From the NCBI GenBank assembly GCA_965226055.1, contig CBDDCA010000005.1, positions 64,001 through 128,000 of the forward strand: a DNA stretch of 64,000 bases, in the 5' to 3' direction. The stretch's first letter is position 1; every line of letters starts with the position of its first letter. The position numbers and the translations under genes were made by a program. Shown in pieces: positions 28,820 through 40,015 of this stretch. This DNA is from Spirochaetia bacterium (GTDB taxonomy: Bacteria; Spirochaetota; Spirochaetia; WTKD01; G963693115). The notes below the pieces were generated by a model that saw nothing but the letters and a program-made list of their open reading frames with translations, was not told the DNA's origin and ran no database searches.

Positions 28820-29398
28820 TCAATACCTAATCAGCTCTTTTTGTTTTAGAATACTAAGAATAGTAGTAATAGTACTGTTACTATCTTTTCCATTGTTATG
28901 AATAATTGTATCTGCTACCGACTCATAATCATCTATATTAATATTGTAAATTCTCTTGTACCGCTCTGTATCCCTATGATCTCTTGCACTTGTTTCCTGT
29001 ATCACTTGCTCAATACTTTTGTTCTCTCTTTGCTGTATTCTTGCATAGCGAACTGCTTTTTTTACCTTAAGATATATTTTTATACTAGCATCATGTATAA
29101 ACCATATAGCAAGCCGAGAACCGATGACACAACGCTGGGCATTGGCTGCCAACTCTTTTTGACGTCTATCGACTAACCTATCCACATCATCACTTTTTTC
29201 AGATAAGCAAGCAATTTCTTGCATACTCATATTACGATCTTTAGCAAGACTACGAAAAGTATAGTTAATACATTCTATGCGTAATATATGAGCAAGCTCT
29301 TTACAAATAGTTGTGTTTCCACAACCACTTAGCCCTGATATAGCAATACGAAGATTCTTTTTTACTATTGTTATTGGCTTTTCCTGTAATGTACTCAT
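28820..29398 (-). CDS. cmk: cytidylate kinase (spirochaete/archaeal-like type)
   Basis: IAISGLSGCGNTT, NYTFR, GSRLAIW, RIQQRE, RYKRIYNI. Confidence 0.8.
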   Translation of the reverse strand: MSTLQEKPITIVKKNLRIAISGLSGCGNTTICKELAHILRIECINYTFRSLAKDRNMSMQEIACLSEKSDDVDRLVDRRQKELAANAQRCVIGSRLAIWFIHDASIKIYLKVKKAVRYARIQQRENKSIEQVIQETSARDHRDTERYKRIYNINIDDYESVADTIIHNNGKDSNSTITTILSILKQKELIRY

Positions 29399-29449
29399 AC
29401 TATTATACTTGTTCTTATCAATTTTATAAAAAAGTGAATATGTTTTTTA

Positions 29450-31063
29450 TTATACCTCTCTTTGTTTTAATATATCAATAAGCATAGTAGCAACTCTAAA
29501 ATTATCACCTGCTCCCATTGTAATACACAAATCACCTTCTTGTATTATACTAGAAATATAGCCTGCACTTTCCTCAAAACTTGGTATTGACATTACTCCT
29601 CTTTGATATTCTCCTATATGTCTTGCCAATGTCTCTCCACTTATAACAGGCATAGAGACATCTTTTTGTGCTTTATTATAGTACTCTTCTCTCTCCCTTG
29701 CTGATGAATATATATCGTTAATAATAAGTATATCTGCTTTTTGAAAACATGTTTGAAATTCGTTCCATAATGATTGAGTTCTCGTGTATGTATGAGACAT
29801 AAAATCAACAATACAGCGTCGTGGCGTATAGTGATCTACCAAACTTTGTAGTGTCGCTGCAACAGCGGTGGGATGATGTGCATAATCATCGACAATATAT
29901 ATTCCGTTCTTTTTATATAATAGCTCTGCTCTTCTGCTTACCGAAGAAAAATGTAACAAAGCATCGTACAATGAGTCACTATTTACATGAGGCACACAGT
30001 AAGGTATACACAATAATGCAGCCATAGCGTTTCCTACTAAAGGATACACAGGGTTCTGCATATTCCATGTACGATCACATAATGATTGCACATTACCATA
30101 TTGTACAATATCATTTTGATATTCTTTCTTTGTGTCTTTAGAGACAGAAACTGCAAGCTGAAACGATTGAACACGATTCTTTGCTACTATGTCACGCTTG
30201 TAATGATGCATAGTTACAATAGGCGTATCTTCCAAATAAGACATACATATATGAGTATTCTCTTCTTTCTGCTGCTCTCCATTAAAAGCATAAGGAATAA
30301 TACGTAAATCGTTACGCTTTTTTACAACTTTTTCAAGTGTACATTGCACTCCTCTATCACTCATACAGGCGATGACTGTCCCATTATATGGCAAGGTTTC
30401 TATAAATGTAGCAAAGGAGTTATAGACTGCTTCTTTATCCTTAAAATAATCAGTATGATCCCATTCTGCATTCAAAAAAATAACACCAGTAGCCCTAAAA
30501 TGCAAAAAATGGTCCCGATACTCACATACCTCTGCTATAAATACCTCATCTCCATCAGAAAAAAAAGTAGAGTTATTAAACTCTTTCACACGTGCCCCAG
30601 TAAGCACCGTAGCGAGACATGATTGTGAACGTAAAAGCACTCCTACCAATGCTGAGGTAGATGTTTTTCCATGCGTGCCTATCACCGCCCATGAAGATTT
30701 CACTCTTTGCGAAAAAGCACCTAAAGATTCAGGGTAACTATAACAAGGGTACTGTTGTAACGCATACGCTAACTCTTCATTGTTATTTGAGTTATATGCA
30801 GCAGAATAAATTACCGCTTTCGTATTAGAAGGAATATTATGACGAGAAAAACCAGTACATATCGGAATATTCTCCGCATGTAACAGAGAGTCAGTATAAA
30901 ATTCATCTGCAATATCAGATCCACTAATACTTACTCCTCTTTTATGCAATAACAACGCTAAAGCAGCCATCCCACTTCCCTTAATACCAATGAAATGTAA
31001 AGCATCTGGCAATGTGTTTGATAAAAACGTATTAGAGGACGATACAGTATCACACTTACTCAT
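29450..31063 (-). CDS. murC: UDP-N-acetylmuramate--L-alanine ligase
   Basis: HFIGIKGSGM, GTHGKTSTS, DHTDYF, DDYAHHPT, TMGAGD. Start set at ATG 31063. Confidence 0.92.
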   Translation of the reverse strand: MSKCDTVSSSNTFLSNTLPDALHFIGIKGSGMAALALLLHKRGVSISGSDIADEFYTDSLLHAENIPICTGFSRHNIPSNTKAVIYSAAYNSNNNEELAYALQQYPCYSYPESLGAFSQRVKSSWAVIGTHGKTSTSALVGVLLRSQSCLATVLTGARVKEFNNSTFFSDGDEVFIAEVCEYRDHFLHFRATGVIFLNAEWDHTDYFKDKEAVYNSFATFIETLPYNGTVIACMSDRGVQCTLEKVVKKRNDLRIIPYAFNGEQQKEENTHICMSYLEDTPIVTMHHYKRDIVAKNRVQSFQLAVSVSKDTKKEYQNDIVQYGNVQSLCDRTWNMQNPVYPLVGNAMAALLCIPYCVPHVNSDSLYDALLHFSSVSRRAELLYKKNGIYIVDDYAHHPTAVAATLQSLVDHYTPRRCIVDFMSHTYTRTQSLWNEFQTCFQKADILIINDIYSSAREREEYYNKAQKDVSMPVISGETLARHIGEYQRGVMSIPSFEESAGYISSIIQEGDLCITMGAGDNFRVATMLIDILKQREV

Positions 31064-31136
31064 ATAGTAAGTATACCATTGTTGCTTAATTAAAAAATAC
31101 AGTATAGTGTATTCAATACTCCATACTTTTCTTATG

Positions 31137-32087
31137 CTAAGGAAGAAAACGGTGTAGCAATTTTTTGAACAGCGAACGATAATTTGACACATACACTGGC
31201 ATATGAGGATTTATCGCTATAGTAGCTCCATATGTTACCCGAAGCTGTCTATGAAACGACACATGTTCACAATACGCAAAATTATCTTTTTCACAACTTG
31301 CAATATAACGAGTAGTACGAAGTAACGCTGCTTTGTATAACGCTAGCCCTGCAAACGCAGAATATACTGGTAATACTTGTTTCTCTGCTGATGCACGCTG
31401 TAATAGCTTTAATTTTTTTGTTACCACACGTTGTAAATTTGGTTGCCAACTAAACCCTTCATTTGCATGCTCTTGCATATCAAGTGCATAGCTATCGTAG
31501 TATAATGGCAAAAAATACGATTGGCGCGAAATAGACATGCCATTTGCAGTCAGTACATCCCAATTTTTAAGTAACTCTATACTACTGAGAATCCCTTTAA
31601 GACTACACTGGACAAGATCAAAATCTAACATCATGATATAATCTGCCACAAAATTGCTTGTACTAAGAGTGTCTAAATAACAATCGCGAGCAAGGGCAAT
31701 ACGCATGACACGCTCTTGCATATGATGTTTTTGTAGTGAACTATCATGTACCCTCTGAGCATTATACTGTATATGCCCTTCCTTACTGACAGTGTTTTCC
31801 TTTTCTTTTATATAGTGCGAAAAATTAGGCAACAAAATGTTCTGATTATTCTGCTGTGCTTGTTCCAATATAGTTCTGGTAGCATCTTTGCTATCGTTCT
31901 CTACAATACAAATACGATAATCTTTACACAGTGATCCTAATGTTTGCAATGTTTGTAACAACGATACCACTGTACCTTGACAATCTCTTGCACACCCTGC
32001 TATAAAAATCGAAGTATCCCTTAAAAGAGTGCTAGCAGTGGATGCCATTTTTCTTGTGTACATAGAGAACATATAAATGAGAATCAA
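31137..32087 (-). CDS. GT-A fold glycosyltransferase
   Basis: ENDSKDAT, RIALARD, a DxD motif (LDFD), YYDSYAL, SAFAGLALYK, CEHVSFH. Confidence 0.75.
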   Translation of the reverse strand: MILIYMFSMYTRKMASTASTLLRDTSIFIAGCARDCQGTVVSLLQTLQTLGSLCKDYRICIVENDSKDATRTILEQAQQNNQNILLPNFSHYIKEKENTVSKEGHIQYNAQRVHDSSLQKHHMQERVMRIALARDCYLDTLSTSNFVADYIMMLDFDLVQCSLKGILSSIELLKNWDVLTANGMSISRQSYFLPLYYDSYALDMQEHANEGFSWQPNLQRVVTKKLKLLQRASAEKQVLPVYSAFAGLALYKAALLRTTRYIASCEKDNFAYCEHVSFHRQLRVTYGATIAINPHMPVYVSNYRSLFKKLLHRFLP

Positions 32088-32683
32088 TAATCAATAGTGT
32101 TTATATGTGTAGTATGACTACCGTTCTTTTTCTGTAACATATCTATATAGTACTGTGGTTCTATAGCTTCTTTTTCTATGTGCAGTTCAGATAGTATATC
32201 AAGTAAAATACGCTTCACAGAAGAAGCATTTACTACTGGGCTTTGTGAAGAGAGTGCTTCGTTATACTCCATTTCAATAAAATACCCTAATCCTTGTACT
32301 TCTATTAGCTCTACAATAATAGAAACACCTTCTCTTTTCACTATATAAGAAAATCCTTTTTTTACTTTTTTAATGTATGTTTGAGGCCTAAGGTGAGTAA
32401 AGATAGTATCCATAACCTTTGCATCTTGTACCTGTGTTTCGTACTCTATATTTTTTTCTATACCATCTTCAATACATTTTTCTTTAAAACTTACAATGTA
32501 CAACTCATCATTACTCTCTCTCAAACGAATACTTACATCATGAGAAAACATATAGTATGTATCCTTTTTATGTACCAATTCTTTTTTAATACATATATGT
32601 TCAAGTATTTTCTGTAACTTAAAGAAATTTTGTTCACTCACATGAGCTTTACATTCTATTTCATGCTGTACCATACAGGACAC
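32084..32683 (-). CDS. cyaB: CYTH-domain protein (class IV adenylate cyclase-like)
   Basis: EIECK, DTYY, IRLR, EYET, GLGYFIEME. Confidence 0.8.
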   Translation of the reverse strand: MSCMVQHEIECKAHVSEQNFFKLQKILEHICIKKELVHKKDTYYMFSHDVSIRLRESNDELYIVSFKEKCIEDGIEKNIEYETQVQDAKVMDTIFTHLRPQTYIKKVKKGFSYIVKREGVSIIVELIEVQGLGYFIEMEYNEALSSQSPVVNASSVKRILLDILSELHIEKEAIEPQYYIDMLQKKNGSHTTHINTIDY

Positions 32684-32743
32684 TACAATTAAACAGTATA
32701 GAGCATTTCACAGTAAAAACAATACTACTCTGTACTATTATCA

Positions 32744-33490
32744 TTACTTTACTTTCCCTTGATTTGCTACTGATGCCATTGCAGCTTGTACTGCTTCCTC
32801 ATCACCTAAATAGTAATGGTTTACTGCTTGCAACTGCTCATCAAGCTCGTATACTAAGGGTACTCCTGTAGGTATGTTTACTGACAAAATTTCTTCATCA
32901 CTGAGGTTATCCAAATATTTCACTGCTGCTCGTAAACTATTGCCATGTGCAGCTATAATAACTTTCTTTCCTGACTGTATGGCAGGAGCAATAGTGTTTT
33001 TCCAATATGGCAAAAAACGATCAACCGTATCTTTCAAGCATTCACTCAGAGGAAGTTCTTGTTTAGACAACGATGCATACCGAATATCATTTCCTGGATA
33101 ACGAGCATCATCAGTACTCAATACAGGAGGAGGTACATCGTAGCTTCGCCTCCATATTTTTACTTGCTCTTCACTGTGCTTTTGTGCAGTTTCGGCTTTA
33201 TTCAATCCTTGTAAAGCTCCGTAATGTCTCTCGTTTAAGCGCCAGTTTTTCTCTACTGGTATCCAAAGGAGGTCCATTGTGTTTAATACACTTGTAAGCG
33301 TTAAAATCGCCCGCCTTAAGTAAGAGGTAAAGGCAACATCAAAACGATAGCCTTCTTTTCGTAAGGTCTCACCTGCCCGTACTGCTTCTTCCCTTCCTTT
33401 ATCTGATAAATCTACATCTTCCCATCCTGTAAATCTATTTTCTTTATTCCAGGTACTCTCACCATGTCTAATCATCACTACTTTATACAT
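32744..33490 (-). CDS. gpmA: 2,3-BPG-dependent phosphoglycerate mutase
   Basis: [43 protein letters not shown] before ATG 33490. Confidence 0.97.
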   Translation of the reverse strand: MYKVVMIRHGESTWNKENRFTGWEDVDLSDKGREEAVRAGETLRKEGYRFDVAFTSYLRRAILTLTSVLNTMDLLWIPVEKNWRLNERHYGALQGLNKAETAQKHSEEQVKIWRRSYDVPPPVLSTDDARYPGNDIRYASLSKQELPLSECLKDTVDRFLPYWKNTIAPAIQSGKKVIIAAHGNSLRAAVKYLDNLSDEEILSVNIPTGVPLVYELDEQLQAVNHYYLGDEEAVQAAMASVANQGKVK

Positions 33491-33556
33491 AGCATCCTCC
33501 TTTTTTGTTACTATATTATTCTTATGTATACCATACAAACACTAAGAGTATCACTA

Positions 33557-34060
33557 CTACAAAGACATAGTTTCTAACAACATTGCCATAGTTTTCCATG
33601 CTAATAAAAAACAATAGCTACGAGAAAGACTCATTTTTCTTTGTAACACTGACATTGCTACTTGTAAATAATCATTGTCTTGTAGTGCTTCCTGCTGAGT
33701 ATGAGTAGGTACTGTATTTAGTATATACTGAACTGTATATTTAAAGCTACAAGTATCAAGATAGACAAAACTCTCACATAATAGCTCTGCCGAAGCATGT
33801 GCAAGAGCACAGTAGCTTCCACGATGAAATAATATTGTATTATTGCTTGTTGTTTTTATATGCTGATTATTGTTATTCTCAATCTCTTTTTGTAGCACCA
33901 TAAGCTGCATAGTATCAGCACAATACGGATTACTGTTGTGTGCTGTATGCAACATAGATTCTTTACTATACTCAAACCTTTCATCTGATATATAGTATTC
34001 TTTTTTTCGTGAATACTCTAAAAATTGATTATAAAGGTGATCCATGCTGACATATATCAA
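33557..34060 (-). CDS. sufU: SufU/IscU-like Fe-S protein, divergent
   Basis: NPYCAD, CALAHASA and RSYCFLLAW give the three Cys plus Asp pattern. Lies downstream of sufS. Confidence 0.7.
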   Translation of the reverse strand: MIYVSMDHLYNQFLEYSRKKEYYISDERFEYSKESMLHTAHNSNPYCADTMQLMVLQKEIENNNNQHIKTTSNNTILFHRGSYCALAHASAELLCESFVYLDTCSFKYTVQYILNTVPTHTQQEALQDNDYLQVAMSVLQRKMSLSRSYCFLLAWKTMAMLLETMSL

Positions 34061-34078
34061 TCTATACTGATGTATTTT

Positions 34079-35308
34079 TTACATACTTTTATTAATTTCA
34101 TGTATTGTCTGTAACGCAGAAGTAAGTACCTGTATATCCTTAAGAGTATTGTAAAAATATGCTGAAATGCGTAAAATGTACTCTGTATGAAACACATGTA
34201 ATAAAGGTTGTGCGCATACATGTCCCGTTCTTACACAAATTTTCTTTGCATCAAGAATAAAACTCATATCTTGAGAGTGGATACTATCTGCTACTACTGC
34301 TATAGTTGCACTGGTAATCTGATCGTTGTTTCCAAGTATAGTAAAGCTATCAAGCGGAGCAAGCGCATCTAACATAGCTTTCCGAAGTACCTTATCGTGC
34401 TCTATGATATTTTCCATACCAACATGAGTAAGAAAATCAATGGCAGCAGCACATCCAATAGCACCTGCAATATGAGGAGTACCAGCCTCGTATCCTTCAG
34501 GACCATCTAAGAACTGTGTGTTATGCTCAGTTACTTTTACTATGGTCCCTCCTCCTGTTTTTACAAAAGGAAGCGTACGTAACCACTCTTTTCGAACACA
34601 CAACACTCCAATGCCTGTCGGGCCACACAGCTTATGAGCAGAAAAACACACTGCATCTACAGGCAGCTTTCGCAAAGAAATCTTACGATGTGCTGCTAAT
34701 TGTGCTGCATCAAGCAATACTTTTGCCCCATGTTTGTTACAAAGAGAAAGCAATTCTTTTACAGGAGGTTCATACCCAGTAACATTAGACATACCAGTAA
34801 TAGAAAGCACTGCTGCATCTTTTATTTTTTCTTCAGCACTGTTCATATCTAAACTGTTATCACGAGATACTCGTAAAACTCTAAACTCTTTTTGTAATCT
34901 CAAAGCACATTGTTGGAAAGGCACATATGAAGAGTGATGTTCAAAATCACTTACAAGAAACGCTTTTTTTTGTTGAGAAAGACTTGCATCAAACTGGTAC
35001 GCACTTGCAATAATATTTATGGCATCAGTAGTTCCTGCAGTAAAAATTATCTCATACTCATCATCAGCGTCTAAAAATAAACGCACAGTTTCACGTGCTT
35101 TTTCATATGCTTCGCTTGCACGTATACTTAACAAATAGTTTCCTCTATGAACATTAGCAGAGTAATCTTGATAGTATTCCTGTAATGCCTGTATTACAGA
35201 AATAGGCTTTAAGGCTGTTGCTGCGTTATCAAGATATACAAGAGGTACATCTTGATTAAGAATGGGAAAATACTTTCGTACTTGTTCTGGGAGAGCAAAA
35301 AAAGACAT
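34079..35308 (-). CDS. sufS: SufS-type cysteine desulfurase
   Basis: YLDNAAT, ANVHRG, FSAHKLCGPTGIG, EAGTP, RTGHVCAQP. Confidence 0.92.
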   Translation of the reverse strand: MSFFALPEQVRKYFPILNQDVPLVYLDNAATALKPISVIQALQEYYQDYSANVHRGNYLLSIRASEAYEKARETVRLFLDADDEYEIIFTAGTTDAINIIASAYQFDASLSQQKKAFLVSDFEHHSSYVPFQQCALRLQKEFRVLRVSRDNSLDMNSAEEKIKDAAVLSITGMSNVTGYEPPVKELLSLCNKHGAKVLLDAAQLAAHRKISLRKLPVDAVCFSAHKLCGPTGIGVLCVRKEWLRTLPFVKTGGGTIVKVTEHNTQFLDGPEGYEAGTPHIAGAIGCAAAIDFLTHVGMENIIEHDKVLRKAMLDALAPLDSFTILGNNDQITSATIAVVADSIHSQDMSFILDAKKICVRTGHVCAQPLLHVFHTEYILRISAYFYNTLKDIQVLTSALQTIHEINKSM

Positions 35309-35422
35309 TACGATACCTTACGAGAAAAAATTATACATAACAATATACTGCAATGCTATATGCTTTATAGCATTGCGTATACAATAGAAATAATTATTTC
35401 TTATTATAAACAATCTCTCACT

Positions 35423-36025
35423 CTATATGAGAGTGAGGAGTAATTCGTTTACTCTTTCCCAGTTTATAATAGAAAAGAATGCTTCTATATAATCAGGTCT
35501 TTTGTTTTGATACCGTAAGTAGTATGCATGTTCCCATACATCTAATCCTAAAATAGGAGTAGCTCCTTGCATATAAGGAGAATCTTGATTAGCAGTACTG
35601 GTAATCAAAAGATTAGCATCTTTAACAATGAGCCATGCCCACCCACTCCCAAATCGAGTTGCGGCAGCAGTAGAAAACTGAGACTTAAAGTCATCAAAGG
35701 ACCCAAAAGCTTCATTTATCTTATTTACTATCTGCCCCGACGGCTTTTGCTTATCGGGACTGAGAATAGTCCAAAAAAGAGAATGATTTGCATGTCCTCC
35801 ACCATTATTGATTACTGCAGAACGAATACCTTCATCTACACTATCTATATTTTTGAGGATATCCTCTATTGCTTCATTTTCCCACTTTGTTCCCTCCACT
35901 GCTGCGTTAAGTTTAGCAACATATCCAGCATGGTGTTTTCCATGATGAATCTCCATTGTCTTCGCATCAATATGAGGCTCTAAAGCATCAAAAGAATATG
36001 ATAAATTAGGTAACATAAATGGCAT
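35423..36025 (-). CDS. sodA: superoxide dismutase (Mn-type signature)
   Basis: [30 protein letters not shown]. Confidence 0.95.
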   Translation of the reverse strand: MPFMLPNLSYSFDALEPHIDAKTMEIHHGKHHAGYVAKLNAAVEGTKWENEAIEDILKNIDSVDEGIRSAVINNGGGHANHSLFWTILSPDKQKPSGQIVNKINEAFGSFDDFKSQFSTAAATRFGSGWAWLIVKDANLLITSTANQDSPYMQGATPILGLDVWEHAYYLRYQNKRPDYIEAFFSIINWERVNELLLTLI

Positions 36026-36128
36026 ATAACCCTCCTAAAGTTTATATTGTTTATTTCAATTATAGCAAAAATACACAATTTAGTAACGACATTTTATATA
36101 TTTTTTTTCATTATAAACTGTATAAAAA

Positions 36129-37244
36129 TTACACTACTATTCTTTCTATAGAGGAAGATATGGTACAAATAAGTTCGTAGGGAATACTCCCCGAAACTCT
36201 TGCTTGTTCTTCTATTCTTACTGTATCATCTCCCCAAAACACTACTTCGTCTCCTGCTTTTACAAGATCATCTCCTACATCAACCATACACATATCCATT
36301 GTGATATTTCCCACTATTGGATATAACGTGTTGTTGATGCACACCTTTGCTCTATTGCCTAATGCCTTTAACAAGCCTTTCCCATACCCTATATTTATTA
36401 CTGCTATATTTGTATCTTTTGTTGTTTTGTAAAGAGAACCATATGAAATGCCATGATTGGCAGGATATCGTGCCACTCTACTTATATAACTTACGAGCTT
36501 CATTGCAGGCTTAATATGTAACTGGTGTTTTATATCTCTCTCTGAAGCGTACGAGCCATATAACAAAATACCCGGACGAAGCATATCAAAATAGGATTGT
36601 GACTGCCACACTAATGCACCACTATTTGCTGTATGCTCAATAAGAGGAGCATGGAGAGGGAGGTGCTTATACATTATTTTCTTAAAATAGGCATATCGCT
36701 CTAATTGTTGTTGTGTAACATTATCATCTTCAGATTGCGAAAAATGGGTACTCAACCCAACAACACGAATATCGTTACTTGATTGTAATAGTAAACAAAA
36801 TGCTTGTATATCTTTTTCAAGTAAGCCTAGTCGCCCCATACCTGTATCCAGTTGTATGTGTATTGATACTTTTTTCTGAAATAGCGATGAATAATAGAGT
36901 ATGTCTTTTAAGTACTCTATATCACCAACCATAAGCTCACAGTTATGATTTATTGCCAACTGTATATCCTGTTTTATTTGTTGAGTATACAGCAATATTT
37001 TTGGAGTGTATTGCCATCCTTGTATCACTTGTTGTATAGCACTAGCTTCTTCAACTGAAGAAATACCAAAGTACTCTATATGTTGATCCTTGACTATATG
37101 TACTATATTTGCAATGCCATGCCCATATGCATCAGACTTTATAGTAAGACATAATTTTTTTGAAGTTCCTATGTACTGACGAATGGCACTGATATTATGA
37201 AGAATATTATTTTTGATTATATAAATCTTTGGAGCATAAAACAT
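36129..37244 (-). CDS. alr: alanine racemase
   Basis: IKSDAYGHG, DTGMGRLG, HTANSG, RPGILLYG, SYG, TMDM, IPYE. Confidence 0.93.
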   Translation of the reverse strand: MFYAPKIYIIKNNILHNISAIRQYIGTSKKLCLTIKSDAYGHGIANIVHIVKDQHIEYFGISSVEEASAIQQVIQGWQYTPKILLYTQQIKQDIQLAINHNCELMVGDIEYLKDILYYSSLFQKKVSIHIQLDTGMGRLGLLEKDIQAFCLLLQSSNDIRVVGLSTHFSQSEDDNVTQQQLERYAYFKKIMYKHLPLHAPLIEHTANSGALVWQSQSYFDMLRPGILLYGSYASERDIKHQLHIKPAMKLVSYISRVARYPANHGISYGSLYKTTKDTNIAVINIGYGKGLLKALGNRAKVCINNTLYPIVGNITMDMCMVDVGDDLVKAGDEVVFWGDDTVRIEEQARVSGSIPYELICTISSSIERIVV

Positions 37245-37341
37245 AACAATACATATATTGAAAATACATTAGTATTTTATATTATTATATAGCATTCTCT
37301 TATCTTATACAGAACATAGCCTTAAGCACATATCTTTGTTA

Positions 37342-38613
37342 CTACTTAAACAATACCCAAAAACGATGCCATAGCACTTTTAGTATATTTGCTTTTTCTA
37401 CTGCAGACTCAGTATACAGTTCTTTTTCCATAATGTTTATACTTCTTTCTTCATTATGTACCGAATACACTACAGAAGCCAATGCTGTATTTTTTTCTAT
37501 AGGAGCAAATATATGCTGTGTATCCGAATAATACTGCGTGTGTTTCTGTATGGTATTCACCCATAGAGCAGGAACACTGAGTAGAGTAGCATCAGCTCTC
37601 ATTTCTACTGTTTTCTTTTTTGCTCCCCATACTGGCATACTCTCCTTTATTGCAGGAAACTGTATCAATGAAAATACAACATAGGCAAAATCAATTAGTG
37701 CGATTGCTTCTTTACTACGTAATTGTATTCCTTTGCTAATACTCTCTGCTTGTATCCCTAACACTATAGCAAGCACCCTTCTCTTTTCTTTTTCTGCACT
37801 TGCTATCAAATTAAACCCTGCTGCACCAGTATACCCTGTTTTTAGTCCGTCCACATATGTATGTGTCTCAAGTAATCTATTAGTACTTTTACGATCTTGT
37901 TTCCAAAAAAAAGTACTTTGCGATGTATACGATACAATATCAAACTCCGAATGAGAGAGTATATATTGTGACAATAATGCGATATCTTCTGCTGTACTTT
38001 TATTTTTTTCTGATAATCCTGTAGGATCATCATAGTAAGTATTATGCAACCCTAATGCTTTTGCTTTAGCATTCATTGCTTGCACAAACCTTTCTACAGA
38101 GCCTGCTACTATATGTGCAAGGTATAGTGCAGCATCATTCCCTGAGATAACTAATAAGCCATGTAGTAGCTCTCTTCCTGAAGGAGTATCTCCTACTACT
38201 AAGCCCATACGTGAAGCATCGTATGGCAACGATGCAAACGATTCTGCACTTGTAACAGGATACTGCATATCCAAAGAAAACGCATGTTGCTTACTTCTTT
38301 CAAGTACTATCATAGCTGTCATCAATTTTGTCAATGAAGCTATACTCCGTACCTTTCTATGATTTTTTTTTAGTAATACTTGATTATTTTCACTTTCCAA
38401 TAACAAATAGCTTTCTGCAGTTATAACAGTAGAAAGTGCGGGATATTTAACACTATTACTCCATGTAGGATACACGAGGGCATCAATTTGTATATTATCA
38501 TCTGATTGTGCAGGGAGATTCCTTATATTCAAAAAAAATATAAGCATTATGATACCTACACCACACAATAGAGTTCTTTGCTTTACCCATGTAACAACAG
38601 AGAATACTTTCAT
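37342..38613 (-). CDS. dacA: D-alanyl-D-alanine carboxypeptidase (S11)
   Basis: SxxK (ASLTK), SGN and KTG motifs. Confidence 0.88.
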   Translation of the reverse strand: MKVFSVVTWVKQRTLLCGVGIIMLIFFLNIRNLPAQSDDNIQIDALVYPTWSNSVKYPALSTVITAESYLLLESENNQVLLKKNHRKVRSIASLTKLMTAMIVLERSKQHAFSLDMQYPVTSAESFASLPYDASRMGLVVGDTPSGRELLHGLLVISGNDAALYLAHIVAGSVERFVQAMNAKAKALGLHNTYYDDPTGLSEKNKSTAEDIALLSQYILSHSEFDIVSYTSQSTFFWKQDRKSTNRLLETHTYVDGLKTGYTGAAGFNLIASAEKEKRRVLAIVLGIQAESISKGIQLRSKEAIALIDFAYVVFSLIQFPAIKESMPVWGAKKKTVEMRADATLLSVPALWVNTIQKHTQYYSDTQHIFAPIEKNTALASVVYSVHNEERSINIMEKELYTESAVEKANILKVLWHRFWVLFK

Positions 38614-38670
38614 ATATACTTCCTTTATACTATTTTTAGACTATCATACTACTTATGCTATACTACAACA

Positions 38671-39981
38671 TCATTCCAGTATTGTTATTTCTACCCGCCT
38701 ATTTTTTCCACGCCCTTCTTTTGTATCATTACTTGCAACCGGTTTTTCCGAACCGTATCCTTGTAACTCAAAATAGCTATCGTCCCATCCCAACTCATTC
38801 TGTAAATACTCTTTTACTACCCTTGCTCTTTGTACACTTAATTTCTTTTGTGTCGAAATACTTCCTACATCAGCAGTATGTCCTTCAATCAAAAGGTTTC
38901 GTGGAGCATATTTTTTAAGCACAGATACAATAGAATTAAGCATAACAGCAAGCGAGTCTACAGGAATATCAGTATTAGGATAGAACAATATATCTTCAAA
39001 AGATACTTGTATTCCTTTCTCATTTCTTTGTACTAACGATGTTGTATCCTGTGTACGCTCCGATGTTTCAACAGTATCTTCTAATGCTTCTCTCAACTCA
39101 TTTTCTATACGAGGCAACACTGTTGTATCAGTAGATGTTGTAGAAACAACGGGAAATACCTTAGAGGTAACTGTACCTTCTACTTGTATATTTTGTGTAT
39201 CTTGCATGCCATTATATATAAAATACATGATATAGTCTTCTGTATAAAATTCTGGACGATGATACAGATCGTTCCACCACATAAAAATTTCAAAAGAAGC
39301 ATTTATACGAACAAAAGATGCATCTCTCCTTTGTTGCTCTGGAGGATAGACATAATCATCAATAGTATATTGTATAAAAAATACAGGCAACTCTATCCCT
39401 GTATCCTTACTATCAGAAAAATAGCTTTGAGGAAGACTGTCATATCCAGCATAGGAATAGTATATTTTAATTGGAATAGGAACTTTTTGGTTCATAATAG
39501 GAATACTAAGATATTCAACACTGTCTCCTTTCCATGTATCTCCTTTTTGTATTGTAGTCTCAAGAAATACTGGAACATCCTTTACAAAACTTATATTTTT
39601 ATCGCCATTGGTACTTACTCTAAACCCTTGCTTATTTATTGTATACTGGTACTCATAATTGGCAGTCTTTATTCCTTTTTCAAAAAATTCAGTGTTTCCA
39701 TGTATAGATACTGTATCTGCAAGTCGCTGAGTAATAGTAATAAAAATAGTATTCTGTAATACATTATCTACCAGTATCAAGGCACCGTTTTGATATACTG
39801 TTTGTGTATTTTTTGATTCTATACGATACATATCGCTATCAGAAAAATCAAAAAAGAACACTTGTTTTTTTTCTGAATTCTGACTATTATTTTGAAGAGG
39901 TTGCTGAGAATATAATAAAAAACCATTTATTAGTAATATGTATACAATAAAGAAAAAAAACGAATATTGACGATAACTCAT
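38671..39981 (-). CDS. OmpA-family protein
   Basis: Signal peptide; C-terminal IEGHTA, LSVQRA, GYGSEKP, NRRVEI. Confidence 0.88.
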   Translation of the reverse strand: MSYRQYSFFFFIVYILLINGFLLYSQQPLQNNSQNSEKKQVFFFDFSDSDMYRIESKNTQTVYQNGALILVDNVLQNTIFITITQRLADTVSIHGNTEFFEKGIKTANYEYQYTINKQGFRVSTNGDKNISFVKDVPVFLETTIQKGDTWKGDSVEYLSIPIMNQKVPIPIKIYYSYAGYDSLPQSYFSDSKDTGIELPVFFIQYTIDDYVYPPEQQRRDASFVRINASFEIFMWWNDLYHRPEFYTEDYIMYFIYNGMQDTQNIQVEGTVTSKVFPVVSTTSTDTTVLPRIENELREALEDTVETSERTQDTTSLVQRNEKGIQVSFEDILFYPNTDIPVDSLAVMLNSIVSVLKKYAPRNLLIEGHTADVGSISTQKKLSVQRARVVKEYLQNELGWDDSYFELQGYGSEKPVASNDTKEGRGKNRRVEITILE

Positions 39982-39996
39982 ATTATAAAGTATAAT
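39967..39996. promoter_or_regulatory. overlapping divergent promoters
   Basis: + strand: TTGACG, 18-nt spacer, TATAAT (39991-39996). - strand: TATACT (39994-39989), 7 nt before the ompA ATG. Confidence 0.45.
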
Positions 39997-40015
39997 AAAA
40001 AACTAAAGGAGTAGC

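Noticed and set aside
28820-29398. Walker A GCGNTT (Asn for Lys) as evidence of an inactive kinase
   Set aside because: As I recall, this variant is typical of spirochaete Cmk-like proteins, so it is not specific to this genome.
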